Source: Candidatus Gottesmanbacteria bacterium GW2011_GWA2_43_14
GTDB lineage: Bacteria; Patescibacteriota; Microgenomatia; 2-02-FULL-39-11
NCBI GenBank assembly: GCA_000999095.1
Contig: LCFP01000001.1
Span: 10,230-74,229 of the forward strand
DNA length: 64,000 nt
Direction: 5' to 3'
Below the pieces are notes generated by a model, which did no database searches, was not told the origin of the DNA, and was given only the letters and a program-made list of their open reading frames with translations. Both the position numbers and the translations under genes were made by a program. The number at the start of each line of letters is the position of its first letter. Position 1 is the stretch's first letter. This document shows positions 34,227 to 44,643 of the stretch, piece after piece.

Positions 34227-35573
34227 TCAGAGTATTTCCAGGTAGTTGGCCGTTTCCCAGTCGGTGACCGAAATGCGAAAATTGTCCCATTCCGCATTCT
34301 TGGCCTCAATATATCTTTTCCAGGTATATTCTCCGAAAATGTCTCTGACGATCCTTCCCTTTTCGATTTCGTCGATTGCTTCTTTGAGTGAAGCCGGCAG
34401 TTTGGCAATATAGTGTTTAGCCAAACGTGCATCGTCAAATTCGAATAGATTCTCTTCGACCGGCTCCGGCGCTTTCATCCCCTTCTTTATGCCTTCCAAG
34501 CCCGTTTTGAGCAAGGCGGCGAAAGTCAGATAAGGGTTGCTGGACGGATCAGGGCTTCTGATCTCCATCCGGGAAGCTTTTTCTTCCGTGCCTTTGGAAA
34601 CTTTCGGCACCCTGATTAAAGCTGAACGGTTTATCCTTGCCCAACAGGCATAAACCGGTGCCTCATAGCCCGGTGTCAGCCTTTTATAGGAATTGACAGT
34701 AGGCGCAAAGATACCCGTTATCTCCCGTACATGCTTTAGCTGACCGGCCAAATATTGGTAAGCAATTTTTGACAGGCCGTATTTATCGGTTTTGTCATAG
34801 AAAACATTGCGGCCACCTTTCCACAAAGACTGGTGCGTGTGCATGCCCGAACCGTTGATGCCGAAAAAAGGTTTAGGCATAAAAGTAGCATGGAAATTAT
34901 GCTTGAAGGCAATGAATTTTGTCGCCATCTTCAAAGTGATGGTATCATCAGCTGTTTTCAGAGCCTTATCATAACGGATGTCAATCTCATGTTGGTTGTC
35001 AGCCACTTCATGGGTGGAAGTTTCGGTGATGATGCCCATTTGGCCTATTGCTTCCATAATCTCCCTTTTAATGAGATAGGTCTCATCCATGATAAGGTCG
35101 AAATAATAGCCGTTGCCTTTCGACTGGAGCATAATCTTTCCGTCAGCTCCTTTGGGAAACAGGAAAAATTCGCATTCCGGCCCCGTGTAAAACTCGTAAC
35201 CCATTTGCCTGGCTTCGACCAATACTTTTTTCAGTATTTGCCGCGGGTCACCATCGAACGGTTCGTGATTTGGTTTATAAACATCGCAGATTAGCCTGGC
35301 CACTCTGCCGGTTTCGATATTGTTCCTCCAGGGCAACATTGCATAGGTGGTTGTATCCGGCATCAGAAACATGTCCGACTCATGAATCCTGGCATAACCT
35401 TCAATAGATGAGCCGTCGATCCAGATACCGCGGGAAAGGGCGTCAGCCAGATTATAGACGGGAATTGTCGAACTTTTTATATTTCCCAAAAAATCAGTAA
35501 ACTGTAAATCAATAAAGGTAACTTTGTCTTTCTTGGCACGCTCCAAAACTTCTTTAATTGCATCTTTAGGCAT
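34227..35573 (-). CDS. glnA: Glutamine synthetase type I
   Basis: DGSSIEG, GPECEFFLF, HEVA..QHEI, FMPKP..NGSGMHTHQS, NSYKRLTPGYEAP, EIRSPD. Confidence 0.97.
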   Translation of the reverse strand: MPKDAIKEVLERAKKDKVTFIDLQFTDFLGNIKSSTIPVYNLADALSRGIWIDGSSIEGYARIHESDMFLMPDTTTYAMLPWRNNIETGRVARLICDVYKPNHEPFDGDPRQILKKVLVEARQMGYEFYTGPECEFFLFPKGADGKIMLQSKGNGYYFDLIMDETYLIKREIMEAIGQMGIITETSTHEVADNQHEIDIRYDKALKTADDTITLKMATKFIAFKHNFHATFMPKPFFGINGSGMHTHQSLWKGGRNVFYDKTDKYGLSKIAYQYLAGQLKHVREITGIFAPTVNSYKRLTPGYEAPVYACWARINRSALIRVPKVSKGTEEKASRMEIRSPDPSSNPYLTFAALLKTGLEGIKKGMKAPEPVEENLFEFDDARLAKHYIAKLPASLKEAIDEIEKGRIVRDIFGEYTWKRYIEAKNAEWDNFRISVTDWETANYLEIL

Positions 35574-35615
35574 CAGTGTAAACTCCTTAAATAATTTTTA
35601 ATAATTAAATCCAAT

Positions 35616-35681
35616 AAAAAAGCCCTCTGCCTCATCATCGAGTACAGAAGACTTCACTGTCTTCGTCCGCTTCTTCGCGGA
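35616..35681 (-). promoter_or_regulatory. ANTAR-target dual-hairpin RNA overlapping an intrinsic terminator in the glnA leader
   Basis: Minus strand: CGC-GAAGAA-GCG, 6-nt linker, GAC-AGTGAA-GTC (hexaloops with G4; second also A1). Terminator AAGTCTTCTG...CAGAGGGCTT-TTTT uses the 3' arm of hairpin 2. Confidence 0.85.
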
Positions 35682-35692
35682 TTTGATATTTT

Positions 35693-35722
35693 ATCTTAAA
35701 TCTGATTACGGACTTCTGTCAA
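35693..35722 (-). promoter_or_regulatory. Putative glnA promoter
   Basis: Minus strand TTGACA (overlapping upstream stop codon)-18 nt-TAAGAT, ~12 nt before hairpin 1. Confidence 0.55.
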
Positions 35723-36435
35723 GCCCCAAGTTTCATCCGCTCAGCCAGAATAATTGCCTCGGCTATTTCACCTATAGACTTGCGGCTGTTCATGCTTTCC
35801 TGGCGCAGCCTGCGGTAGGCTTCATTTTCATTAATGCGATTATTTTTCATTAAGATGCCCTTGGCTTTATCCAATACTTTTCTCATTTCAAGTGTTTCCC
35901 GCAAACTTAACGACTCTTCTATCAGAAGCGCATTTTCGACAGCCGTACCGGCCAGCTTACCGATGGCAGAGAGCAGGTTTATTTCCGTTGCCGTATGTTT
36001 ATGGGCTTTCTTATGCTGTACATTGATGACACCGCAGACCCCTTTTTTATTGAGGACAGGCACGGACAAAAAAGCTTCAAATTTGTCTTCCGGTAGATTA
36101 CGGAAATATTTGAAGCGCGTATCCTTGGAGGCTCCGCTGCCGATGGCCACCGGTTTTTTTTCTTTGGCAACCCAGCCGGTAATGCCTTCCCCCATTTTCA
36201 TTTTGATTTTTTTTAATAGATGCGAATGGGGATTTTTGGAAGCGCGCAAAACCAGCTCGTTTTTTTCCTGATCCAAGACATAAATCAGACAGGAATCTGC
36301 TCTTGTTACCTGGTCGGCGATTTTGACAATTTCCTGAAGCAGCTCGCTGATTTCCAGTTTATGAAGGTCCTGGGTAATTTTATACAAAAAGGATAATTCC
36401 TTCTTCAGCTCACTGACTTTATCTTCTTTTTTCAT
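35719..36435 (-). CDS. GAF-ANTAR RNA-binding antiterminator
   Basis: GAF (GEGITGWVA...RFKYF...FLSVPV...GVINVQ) plus ANTAR (RKVLDKAKGILM...EAYRRLRQESMNSRKSIGEIAEAII). Confidence 0.92.
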   Translation of the reverse strand: MKKEDKVSELKKELSFLYKITQDLHKLEISELLQEIVKIADQVTRADSCLIYVLDQEKNELVLRASKNPHSHLLKKIKMKMGEGITGWVAKEKKPVAIGSGASKDTRFKYFRNLPEDKFEAFLSVPVLNKKGVCGVINVQHKKAHKHTATEINLLSAIGKLAGTAVENALLIEESLSLRETLEMRKVLDKAKGILMKNNRINENEAYRRLRQESMNSRKSIGEIAEAIILAERMKLGA

Positions 36436-37187
36436 GTTATTGATTTGAGCATCTTTTTATGCGCCACCTTTTCCTCAAAACTCACCAGAGGCTGTAATTT
36501 TATCTTTTTTCGGTATTTGACTTCAAGAGCCCGGGCAATCAGCCAGTCGGCCAGCTGGGGATTTTTCGGCAAAAGGGGACCGTGGTAATAACTGCCTATG
36601 GCATGACGGTATACTCCTCCTTCAAATCCGTCCTCCCCGTTATTGCCTCCTCCCGTCAGAACTTTAGCCAGAGGCTTCATTTTGCCGCCCAGATAGGTCC
36701 GGCCGCCGTGGTTTTCAAAACCAACCAGAGTTGTGCCTTTAAGTTCCGACAGGTTTACTATTTCGGAAGCGCAGTTGCCGATAAGTCTTTGTTTTTGATC
36801 GCCTGGGTGTTCAGTGTAAAGATCGAAAATTCCTGCTCCGGGAATGTCTTTTCCATGGTACGGCTTATAATAATAACCGGCTGCCTGGTAGGCGGCGCAG
36901 ACAAACAAAGCAGGAATATCCGAGTTAATCATCCTTTTTATGACCGGGCCTTTATGGTGAATAAAGTCATCCGCGGCCACTTTTTGCTGCCGGTCCTGGG
37001 CTCCTCCCATAAACAGTAAATCGGCAGTTAACAATTCTGAAATACCAGTTTCCAAGGTGATATTTTTAATTTCAACCTCAATTTTTCGCCAACTGCAGCG
37101 TTTCTCCAGACAGATCAGATTGCCCCGGTCTCCGTAAGTGGACATTAAATCAGGATACAGCCAGGCGATTGTCAGTTTGAATTTCAT
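36432..37187 (-). CDS. gatD: Lipid II isoglutaminyl synthase glutaminase subunit (CobQ-like)
   Basis: LYPDLMSTYGDRGN, GGAQD, VCAAYQ, GFENHGG, YHGPLLPKNP. Confidence 0.9.
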   Translation of the reverse strand: MKFKLTIAWLYPDLMSTYGDRGNLICLEKRCSWRKIEVEIKNITLETGISELLTADLLFMGGAQDRQQKVAADDFIHHKGPVIKRMINSDIPALFVCAAYQAAGYYYKPYHGKDIPGAGIFDLYTEHPGDQKQRLIGNCASEIVNLSELKGTTLVGFENHGGRTYLGGKMKPLAKVLTGGGNNGEDGFEGGVYRHAIGSYYHGPLLPKNPQLADWLIARALEVKYRKKIKLQPLVSFEEKVAHKKMLKSIT

Positions 37188-38461
37188 AATATTTTCTTCC
37201 CGGAAATAATCTTGCGGATATCCAGCATGGCCGAATAGGTCGGCAGAACATACAATTTTTCTTCTGCTTGCCCGGCAGCTTTATTTATGGCATTGGACAG
37301 AACTGTTTCAACTGCATATTTTAGTCCGGCATATTTCATACGCAAACCCAAATCCAATGCCCTGTCGCCGGCTACCGTAATCTGTACCTTGGCGGGGATC
37401 ATTTCAAAATCAACATCCCAGATCCAGGAAACATCACGACCGTCCGGAATCCGGTCATTTAAAACCAGCAGTATGTTTTTTGCCTTAAGACCGATCACAG
37501 TTCTAAGACTTTCATTAAAACCGGCCGGATTTTTTGACAGCATCAGTTTAAGCGGTTTTCCCTGATGAACCAGTTCCTCCTGCCGTCCGAAGGCGGGACT
37601 GACTTTTTTCAAGGACTTGGCAATTAATCCGTCTTCAACACCCAATGTTTTGGCAACAGCCGCGGCTGCCTGGGTATTGTATTTGTTGTAAAGTCCCGGC
37701 AAAGGGGATTCCCAGTTGAAAAATTCCGGGTCCGGCCTTTTCAGTCCGCACTTTAGACACTGCCACCAGCCTAGGTGGGAATAATAAATGGCCGCAAACT
37801 TTAAGCGCCGGCCGCAGTTCGGACAGAATATCGAATCCGTAGCATGTTCAAAAGAATATTTCTGCAGCTTTTTAACATTGAGCCCGAAATAGACGGTTTT
37901 ACCGGCATACTTTTTTCCCAAAAAAGCAATTTGCGGATCATCGCTGTTTAAAATTAAAGCAGTCTTTTTATTCATATTTTTAATGGCCAGAGCCCATTTC
38001 TCAGTAATGACATCCACTTCCCCATAACGGTCCAGCTGGTCTCTGAAAAGATTTAGGCAAACGACCGCATTGGGAGTTATCTCCTCAACTATCGCCGGCA
38101 GTGAATTTTCATCTGTTTCCAAAACAGCATAATCACAGTTAAGCCTGCCCCATATATCAGCCTGTCGGATGAGCGAAGCGGTGATTCCGTTTATCAGATT
38201 GGCTCCGGATGAATTATTAATTACTGAGTTTCCGTTTGCTTCCAAAATGGTTTTTATCATCAGCGTAGTAGTTGTCTTGCCGTTGGTTCCGGCCACGATA
38301 ACGATGCCTTTGCGGATATGTCCGGCTAAATTTTTCAAAATATGAGGATCGATTGAAAGGGCGAGTTCACCCGGCCAAGTACCGCCAGCTCCGAGATTTA
38401 ACAGCCGGCTGAATTGCCCGACAGCTTGACCAATAATAAGTGCTGCGGTTTGTCTTATCAT
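37184..38461 (-). CDS. murT: Lipid II isoglutaminyl synthase Mur-ligase subunit
   Basis: GTNGKTTT, NLFRDQLDRYGE, CPNC...C..C zinc finger, KNPAGF, DGRDVSWIWD. Confidence 0.92.
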   Translation of the reverse strand: MIRQTAALIIGQAVGQFSRLLNLGAGGTWPGELALSIDPHILKNLAGHIRKGIVIVAGTNGKTTTTLMIKTILEANGNSVINNSSGANLINGITASLIRQADIWGRLNCDYAVLETDENSLPAIVEEITPNAVVCLNLFRDQLDRYGEVDVITEKWALAIKNMNKKTALILNSDDPQIAFLGKKYAGKTVYFGLNVKKLQKYSFEHATDSIFCPNCGRRLKFAAIYYSHLGWWQCLKCGLKRPDPEFFNWESPLPGLYNKYNTQAAAAVAKTLGVEDGLIAKSLKKVSPAFGRQEELVHQGKPLKLMLSKNPAGFNESLRTVIGLKAKNILLVLNDRIPDGRDVSWIWDVDFEMIPAKVQITVAGDRALDLGLRMKYAGLKYAVETVLSNAINKAAGQAEEKLYVLPTYSAMLDIRKIISGKKIL

Positions 38462-38473
38462 AATTAGGGGATT

Positions 38474-40427
38474 TTATCTGACTTTGAAGGTAATTCTATT
38501 GTCTTTGTAGTCCGCGGTCAATTCAGAACCTGCTGTAGCTTTATTTTCGATCATCCTAAACGCCAGTTCATCAAGGATTTTATCCTGGATAATTCTTTTT
38601 AAAGGCCTGGCCCCGTAGACAGGATCAAAACATGTTTTAGCCAGATATGATTTTAAATCTTCACTGAAACTGATTTTTATATTCTGCCGATCAAGCTTTT
38701 GCCGTACTTTGCCAAGCTGAATTTCTGCGATTTGCCCTACCTGTCTTTCCGTCAGACGGTGGTAGACAACAATCTGGTCAAGCCTGTTCAAAAATTCGGG
38801 CCGGAAGCTTTTACGCAACAAGTTAAGTACGCTTTCCTGCAGCTTTGCTTCACTTTTACCTTCCAATTCCTGGATTATGTCGCTGCCGAGATTTGAGGTC
38901 ATGATCAAAGATAAGTCGGGCAATATTATGTGCCTCCTGGTATTCGCTCATGTCAATTCTGATCAATGCTTTTTCGCTATCAAAAAGATATTCAGCCAAA
39001 GCTTTGGCTCTTTCGGTCTTACCGACCCCTGTCGGCCCCAGAAAAAGGAAACTGCCGATAAGTCTGTCTTCTTCGGAAAGACCTGCCCTGTTCCGCCGGA
39101 TGGCCCTGGCAATTTTTATAAGGGCTTCATCCTGGCCAACAACTCTTTTTTGCAATACTTTATCCAGTTGTACCAGTTTTTCGGTCTCGGAAGATAATAG
39201 TTTGGTAACCGGAATACCGGTCCAGCGGGCAACCACTTTTGCCACATCTTCTTCTGTGACTTCTTTCCTGATCAGCTTATCCTGATCAGGTATGTTTTGC
39301 CAGTTGCTTTCCAGTTCACGCAGTTTCTTTTCGGTTTCAGGGATCCTGCCGTATTTAATTTCCGCGGCTTTATCAAGAAGTGCCTCCCTTTCAGCTCTTT
39401 CCAATTCCAGCCTCAACTGGTCCATTTTTACCCGTTCCGACTGGAGTTTTCCGATGATTTCCTTTTGCTGCTGCCACTTTCCTGCCAATGTCTTCTCCTC
39501 TTCCTTAAGCGTTTTGACTTCATCGTTTAAACGCTTTTTCCTGTCTGTCTCCTTTTTCTCTTTTTTCAAAGAAGCCAGCTCAATTTCCAGTTGGGTGATT
39601 TTTCTTTTCAGTTTGTCTAAAGCTTCCGGCAGGCTCTCTGTTTCGATTTTTAAAGCCGAGGCTGCCTCATCTATCAGATCAATCGCCTTATCGGGCAAGA
39701 AGCGGTCAGTCAGGTAACGGACCGACAAATTGACAGCCGCGATAAGGGCATCATCGGTTATGCGGATGCCGTGATGGATTTCATATTTTTCCTTTAAACC
39801 CCGCAGGATTGCCAAAGAATCTTCAGCCGCCGGTTCATTGACCATAATCGGTTGGAAACGTCTCTCCAAAGCAGCGTCCGTTTCGATATGCTGGCGGTAT
39901 TCGCGAAGCGTGGTAGCGCCGATGGCATGTAGGTCGCCGCGGGCCAGGGCCGGTTTTAAAATATTTGCCGCATCCATGGCTCCGGCAGCTGCTCCGGCGC
40001 CGACCAATGTATGCATTTCATCCATAAACAGAATGTATTTGCCTTCCGACTTCTCGATTTCCTTTAATAGCTTTTTTAACCTGTCCTCAAACTCGCCTCG
40101 GAAACTCGAGCCGGCGACGAGTGATGCCATATCCAGAGCCAAAACAGTCTTGTTTTTGAGGGTATCGGGCACGTCTTGCGAGACAATCCGCTGGGCCAGG
40201 CCTTCGACTATGGCTGTTTTGCCCACTCCCGGATCTCCGAGAAGGACAGGATTATTTTTGGTGCGGCGGGACAGGATTTGCATTAAACGGCGGATTTCAT
40301 CATTGCGGCCGATGACCGGGTCAAGCTTGCCCTTTTTGGCTTTTTCGTTAAGGTCAACGGTATACTTTTCCAGAGGATTGCCCTGGTCTTCGGGAGGTTG
40401 GTAGTATAACTTTACACCTTCCAGGTG
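38474..40427 (-). pseudogene. clpB: ClpB-type AAA+ chaperone lacking N-domain and canonical start, with internal deletion/frameshift at ~38910
   Basis: Frame open from 40427 (LEKYTVDL...[13 protein letters not shown]) with no ATG/GTG/TTG before 40283. NBD1 and M-domain are present. NBD2 jumps from ARLI to IMTSNLGS in another frame, losing GAPPGYVGY and Walker B. Confidence 0.82.
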
Positions 40428-40443
40428 TTACGAAGCTACACCT
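40414..40443. repeat. Short REP-like palindrome ACACCT-TCC-AGGTGT plus a third ACACCT half-site
   Basis: ACACCT 40414-40419, AGGTGT 40423-40428, ACACCT 40438-40443. Confidence 0.45.
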
Positions 40444-40444
40444 G

Positions 40445-41341
40445 TCACATTGCTTCCAGAATTTTGACTCTTTCGGAGATGGGGGGATGGGTATTGAAGA
40501 GATTGGCAAACCAGGCGGTAAAGTTTTTGCCTTTGAAAGGATTAACGATGTATAGATGGGCAGTGGCATTGGTGGCAGCTTCCAAAACTTCTCTGTCCCC
40601 GGAAATTTTCTGCAAGGCGCTGGCCAAAGCATCCGGATTACGGGTAAGCAAAGCCCCGGAAGCATCTGCCAGAAACTCCCGCCTCCGGGAAATGGCAAGT
40701 TGGATGAGTGTCGCAACCACAGGCGCCAACAAAGCCAGTATAACGCTTATTAACATCAGAACCGCCGATACATTATTCCGCTCGTTATCCCTGTGCCTGC
40801 CAAACCACAATGACCTGGAAAACCAATCTGACAGAAGGGCAATCACGCCGACCATGACAGTCACCATAGCCATCAGACGGATATCAAAATTCTGGATGTG
40901 GGAAATTTCATGGGCGATGACTCCTTCCAGTTCCCGTCTGGACAATTTATTGATCAGTCCCCGCGTTGCACAAACAACGGCGTGCTGCGGGTCCCGGCCG
41001 GTGGCAAAAGCGTTGGTAGCCGTATCTTCGATGACATAAACTTTGGGTTTGGGAATGCCGGCTGCCAAAGCCATGTTTTCAGTAACGGTATAAAGGTCAA
41101 AATCTTTTTGGCGGTCTGCTTTCCTGGCACCTGATATGGAAAGAACGATTTTGTCTGAATAGTAGAAACTTACAAAACTCATCAGTCCCGAAATGATTAA
41201 GCCCATCCCAATCCATGAGGAACCGTAACCCAGAGACTTCCCCAGGACGAAACTGACCGTCACCACAAATAAGATAAAAAACGTCATGACAACGGCCGTC
41301 TTCATTTTATTAGCCTGAATCTGGCTGTGAATGGAGTTCAT
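40445..41341 (-). CDS. htpX: Zinc metalloprotease HtpX (M48)
   Basis: [29 protein letters not shown]. Confidence 0.95.
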   Translation of the reverse strand: MNSIHSQIQANKMKTAVVMTFFILFVVTVSFVLGKSLGYGSSWIGMGLIISGLMSFVSFYYSDKIVLSISGARKADRQKDFDLYTVTENMALAAGIPKPKVYVIEDTATNAFATGRDPQHAVVCATRGLINKLSRRELEGVIAHEISHIQNFDIRLMAMVTVMVGVIALLSDWFSRSLWFGRHRDNERNNVSAVLMLISVILALLAPVVATLIQLAISRRREFLADASGALLTRNPDALASALQKISGDREVLEAATNATAHLYIVNPFKGKNFTAWFANLFNTHPPISERVKILEAM

Positions 41342-41889
41342 TCCTCAAATTTTACTTCAACCTTTTTTTTGTCAGCTTCTTCCGCTTCGTAAAATTCCTT
41401 GTCCCGGAAATTAAATCTTTCGGCAATTAACGAATTCGGGAACATCTGGAGTTTGGTATTATACTCCATCACCATCGTATTGTGATGCTGCCTGGAAAAA
41501 GTTACTTTGTCCTCGGTGTCCGACAGTTCCTTTTGAAGATGCAGGAAATTTTCATTGGCTTTAAGCGTAGGGTAATTCTCAGCTACAGCAAACAATGATT
41601 TTAATACCCCGGAAAGCTGATTGTCAGCCACGGCTTTTTCTTTGGGTCCTGAGGCAGACAAAAGAGCGGTTCTGGCTTTGGTGACATTCTCCAACAGTTT
41701 TTTTTCGTGTTTGGCATAACCTTTTACCGTCTCCACCAGATTGGGAATCAAATCAGCCCTTCTTTTGAGCTGTACGTCGATCTGGCTCCAGGCTTCAATG
41801 ACCTTCATTCTTGAGGAAACCAGATCGTTATATATAAACCAGATATATAAAGCAACCAGTCCTAAAATAGCTGCTAAAGCAAATAACAT
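41338..41889 (-). CDS. lemA: LemA family protein
   Basis: [31 protein letters not shown]; lemA-htpX pairing. Confidence 0.95.
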   Translation of the reverse strand: MLFALAAILGLVALYIWFIYNDLVSSRMKVIEAWSQIDVQLKRRADLIPNLVETVKGYAKHEKKLLENVTKARTALLSASGPKEKAVADNQLSGVLKSLFAVAENYPTLKANENFLHLQKELSDTEDKVTFSRQHHNTMVMEYNTKLQMFPNSLIAERFNFRDKEFYEAEEADKKKVEVKFEE

Positions 41890-41902
41890 TGACTATCACC
41901 TC

Positions 41903-43690
41903 CTAACTTATCAGCCAACTTTTAAACTTATTATAAGACATAGTATTCAAAATATCCTTTTTTTCAGCCCATCCCCTGCGGGCAACCGAAATGCCGTACT
42001 CCATCAAATCCATAGATTCCCTATCGTGGCTGTCCGTATCGATTATGAGTTTATTACCGTTTTCAATTGCCCTTTTTACCAAAACGTCAACTAAGTCCAG
42101 TCTTGAAGGGTGGGCGTTGATTTCTATGGCTTTGTCGTGATTTTTGGCAAAATCAAATATTCTCTGCCAGTCAATCTCATAGCCTTCCCTTTTACCGATC
42201 AACCGTCCTGAAGGATGGGCCAGAATTTTTGCCTTTGGGTGGGAAAAAGCAGCCAGCACTCTTTCAGTCATTTCTTTTTTCGGCATTTGGAAACTTGTAT
42301 GGACTGAAACTACCACGGCATCTACGAATTCAAATGCTTTTTCCGGTAGGGCTAATTTGCCGTCAGGAAGGATATCAACCTCTAACATGATAAATAATTT
42401 TACCCGAACATTTTTTTTGCTCAACATAATTTGCTCATAATCTTGCTTTCGCCGCTTCATAATAGCAATAACCTCTTTTTCAGTATGCTTGGAAACACTC
42501 GGATTATGTTCGCTTAAGCCTAAATATTCGTAACCCAAAGATTGTGCTTTATCTACCATTTCCCCCAACGGATTCTGCCCCAGGTCATGTGACGGTTCCA
42601 AATTATAATTGGAATGGACATGGACTTCCCCTTTTATGTCCGTCAGCTTTACCAGTTCTGGCAGCCGGTTATTAATGGCCGCTTCGATTTCTCCCAAGTC
42701 TTCCCTTAGTTCCGGAGGAATCCACGGCAGGCCCAGATATTTATAAAAATCCTCTTCACGCGGAAATTCAATTAGTTTTTGCTTTTTATCACTCTTTTTG
42801 AGTATCTTGATGCCGTATTCGGACAAGGACAATCCTTTTTTCAGGGCATATTCCCGCAGGTGGATATTGTGCTGCTTGCTGCCGGTAAAATACTGAAGCA
42901 TAGCACCGAAACTTCGGGGTTTCTGCACTCTGAGGTCTGCATGCTGGCCGTTACCCAGAATCAAACTGGCACCGCTTGGTCCAATCTCTATTATCTTGTC
43001 TTTTTTGGGATATTTCAGAAAGTATTCAAGTACTTTTTGAGGCTTGTCAGTTGCCACGGCCAAATCCACGTCACCGATGGTTGATACTTTCCGCCTCAAG
43101 CTTCCCAAAGGTTCCACCTGCACGGCTTCTTCAAATTTCTTTAAATAGGCAACCAGTTGTTTGGCCGTAGCATCAGCCACAGGCAAAGGCATTCTTTTTT
43201 TCTTGTTCTGGCCGAGCTTAAAGCGCTCCAGCGCTTCAATAATGTCAGCCTGGGATTTTGCCCCGAATCCCTCGAGTGGAGCGATTTTATCGCCCCTGGC
43301 AGCCTTGAGCAGCTTATCTATTGCATTTCCGGCATCGTTCAAATTGAATTCTACAGCTAACCTGTAGGCTTTTTTCGGTCCGAATCCTGAAACATCGAGA
43401 AGCGTAAGCATGCCTTCGGGCACTGCTTTAAAGAGCTCCTCATACTCCCTTACCTTGCCAGAGGTGAACAGTTGCTCCAAATGGCCGGAAATGACTGCTC
43501 CGATTCCCTGAATCTCGGATAATCTTTTATCCTGCCAAAGATCCCTGATTTCCAGATTACTGGTTTCGATGGCATCAGCTGCTTTCTCATAGGCAATGAT
43601 CCGGAATCGGTTGACGTTTTGGATAGTATAGACTGCCGCCACCTGGCGGAAAAGCCTGGCAATTTCTGCATTGGTAAATTTAACTGCCAT
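41903..43690 (-). CDS. polX: DNA polymerase X with PHP domain
   Basis: HhH motifs, GSLRR..TIGDVDL, YFTGSKQHNI, PPELRE, PHP HVHS...DTDSH. Confidence 0.94.
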   Translation of the reverse strand: MAVKFTNAEIARLFRQVAAVYTIQNVNRFRIIAYEKAADAIETSNLEIRDLWQDKRLSEIQGIGAVISGHLEQLFTSGKVREYEELFKAVPEGMLTLLDVSGFGPKKAYRLAVEFNLNDAGNAIDKLLKAARGDKIAPLEGFGAKSQADIIEALERFKLGQNKKKRMPLPVADATAKQLVAYLKKFEEAVQVEPLGSLRRKVSTIGDVDLAVATDKPQKVLEYFLKYPKKDKIIEIGPSGASLILGNGQHADLRVQKPRSFGAMLQYFTGSKQHNIHLREYALKKGLSLSEYGIKILKKSDKKQKLIEFPREEDFYKYLGLPWIPPELREDLGEIEAAINNRLPELVKLTDIKGEVHVHSNYNLEPSHDLGQNPLGEMVDKAQSLGYEYLGLSEHNPSVSKHTEKEVIAIMKRRKQDYEQIMLSKKNVRVKLFIMLEVDILPDGKLALPEKAFEFVDAVVVSVHTSFQMPKKEMTERVLAAFSHPKAKILAHPSGRLIGKREGYEIDWQRIFDFAKNHDKAIEINAHPSRLDLVDVLVKRAIENGNKLIIDTDSHDRESMDLMEYGISVARRGWAEKKDILNTMSYNKFKSWLIS

Positions 43691-43769
43691 ATTTATCTAA
43701 ACTATACTATCACACGTATTGACCCAGCCTCAATCATTTGATATCATCGCTGAAAATAGAGCATTCTAT

Positions 43770-43842
43770 GGGCTCGTGGTGTAGCGGTTAACATGTCGCC
43801 CTGTCGAGGCGAAGATCGCCGGTTCGAATCCGGTCGGGCCCG
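43770..43842 (+). tRNA. tRNA-Asp(GTC)
   Basis: GGGCTCG/CGGGCCC acceptor, anticodon arm TCGCC-CTGTCGA-GGCGA, GGTTCGAATCC T-arm. Confidence 0.95.
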
Positions 43843-43892
43843 CCGGTATACCCTTAAATCTCTGCCCGGAAAGGAGGAATCATTTCCTCTTT

Positions 43893-44453
43893 ATGTGGAA
43901 AAAAATTCGTAAAAAATTTGATTTTCCCGAATCATATATTTCCATTACTCTCGGCTTTTTAGTCGTCTTAGTTGCAGGCATTCTGACTTATAACTATTTC
44001 AGTAAAAACCAGATAACCTTTCGTCAGGAACAGCAAAAACAGGAGGAAGCACAAAAACAGCAGGAACAGGCTAAACTCATGGAACTTCCTGCCAAATATA
44101 CTGTCAAAGCTTCCGATAATCTTTGGAAAATCGCTGAAAAATACTACGGCTCAGGCTACAATTGGGTTTCTATTGCCAAAGCCAACAATGTTCTGGCAGC
44201 CAATCCGGATTATGTGGAAAGCGGTTGGGAACTGACGATTCCGGAGGCAGATGTCATCAGACCACCTGGAGATATTTCAGCAACAGCCAGTGTCCAACCC
44301 AAGGAATATACAGTACAAAAAGGCGATACGCTCTGGGGCATTGCTGAAAGGGAAGCAGGATCAGGTTACGATTGGACCAAAATTGCGCAGTACAACGGCA
44401 TGCAGAACCCTGATCTTATCTTTTCCGGCAACGTCATTAAAATCCCTCGTTAA
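43893..44453 (+). CDS. Membrane-anchored protein with two LysM domains
   Basis: N-terminal TM, Q/E-rich linker, YTVKASDNLWKIA and YTVQKGDTLWGIA. Confidence 0.9.
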   Translation: MWKKIRKKFDFPESYISITLGFLVVLVAGILTYNYFSKNQITFRQEQQKQEEAQKQQEQAKLMELPAKYTVKASDNLWKIAEKYYGSGYNWVSIAKANNVLAANPDYVESGWELTIPEADVIRPPGDISATASVQPKEYTVQKGDTLWGIAEREAGSGYDWTKIAQYNGMQNPDLIFSGNVIKIPR

Positions 44454-44568
44454 CAGGAGAAAGTCTTAAAACTTTAAAAATAGCCGCTTTCTGCGGATTG
44501 TTTTTATATCCTTTAACCAAATCAGCTTGTCTTGAAGATATTCCCCTTTTTGTTATACTTTCAATCGC

Positions 44569-44643
44569 GCGGGCGTAGTTCAGCGGTAGAATGTCTCCTT
44601 CCCAAGGAGAAGGTCGTGGGTTCAAATCCCATCGCCCGCTCCA
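44569..44643 (+). tRNA. tRNA-Gly(CCC), CCA encoded
   Basis: GCGGGCG/CGCCCGC acceptor, TCTCC-TTCCCAA-GGAGA, GGTTCAAATCC, TCCA end. Confidence 0.95.

Noticed and set aside
44024-44070. CAGGAACAGCAAAAA-type tandem repeats
   Set aside because: These only encode the Q/E/K-rich linker of the LysM protein.
44437-44625. 62-aa ORF MNPRPSPWEGDILPLNYAR
   Set aside because: Antisense translation of tRNA-Gly, a common spurious call.
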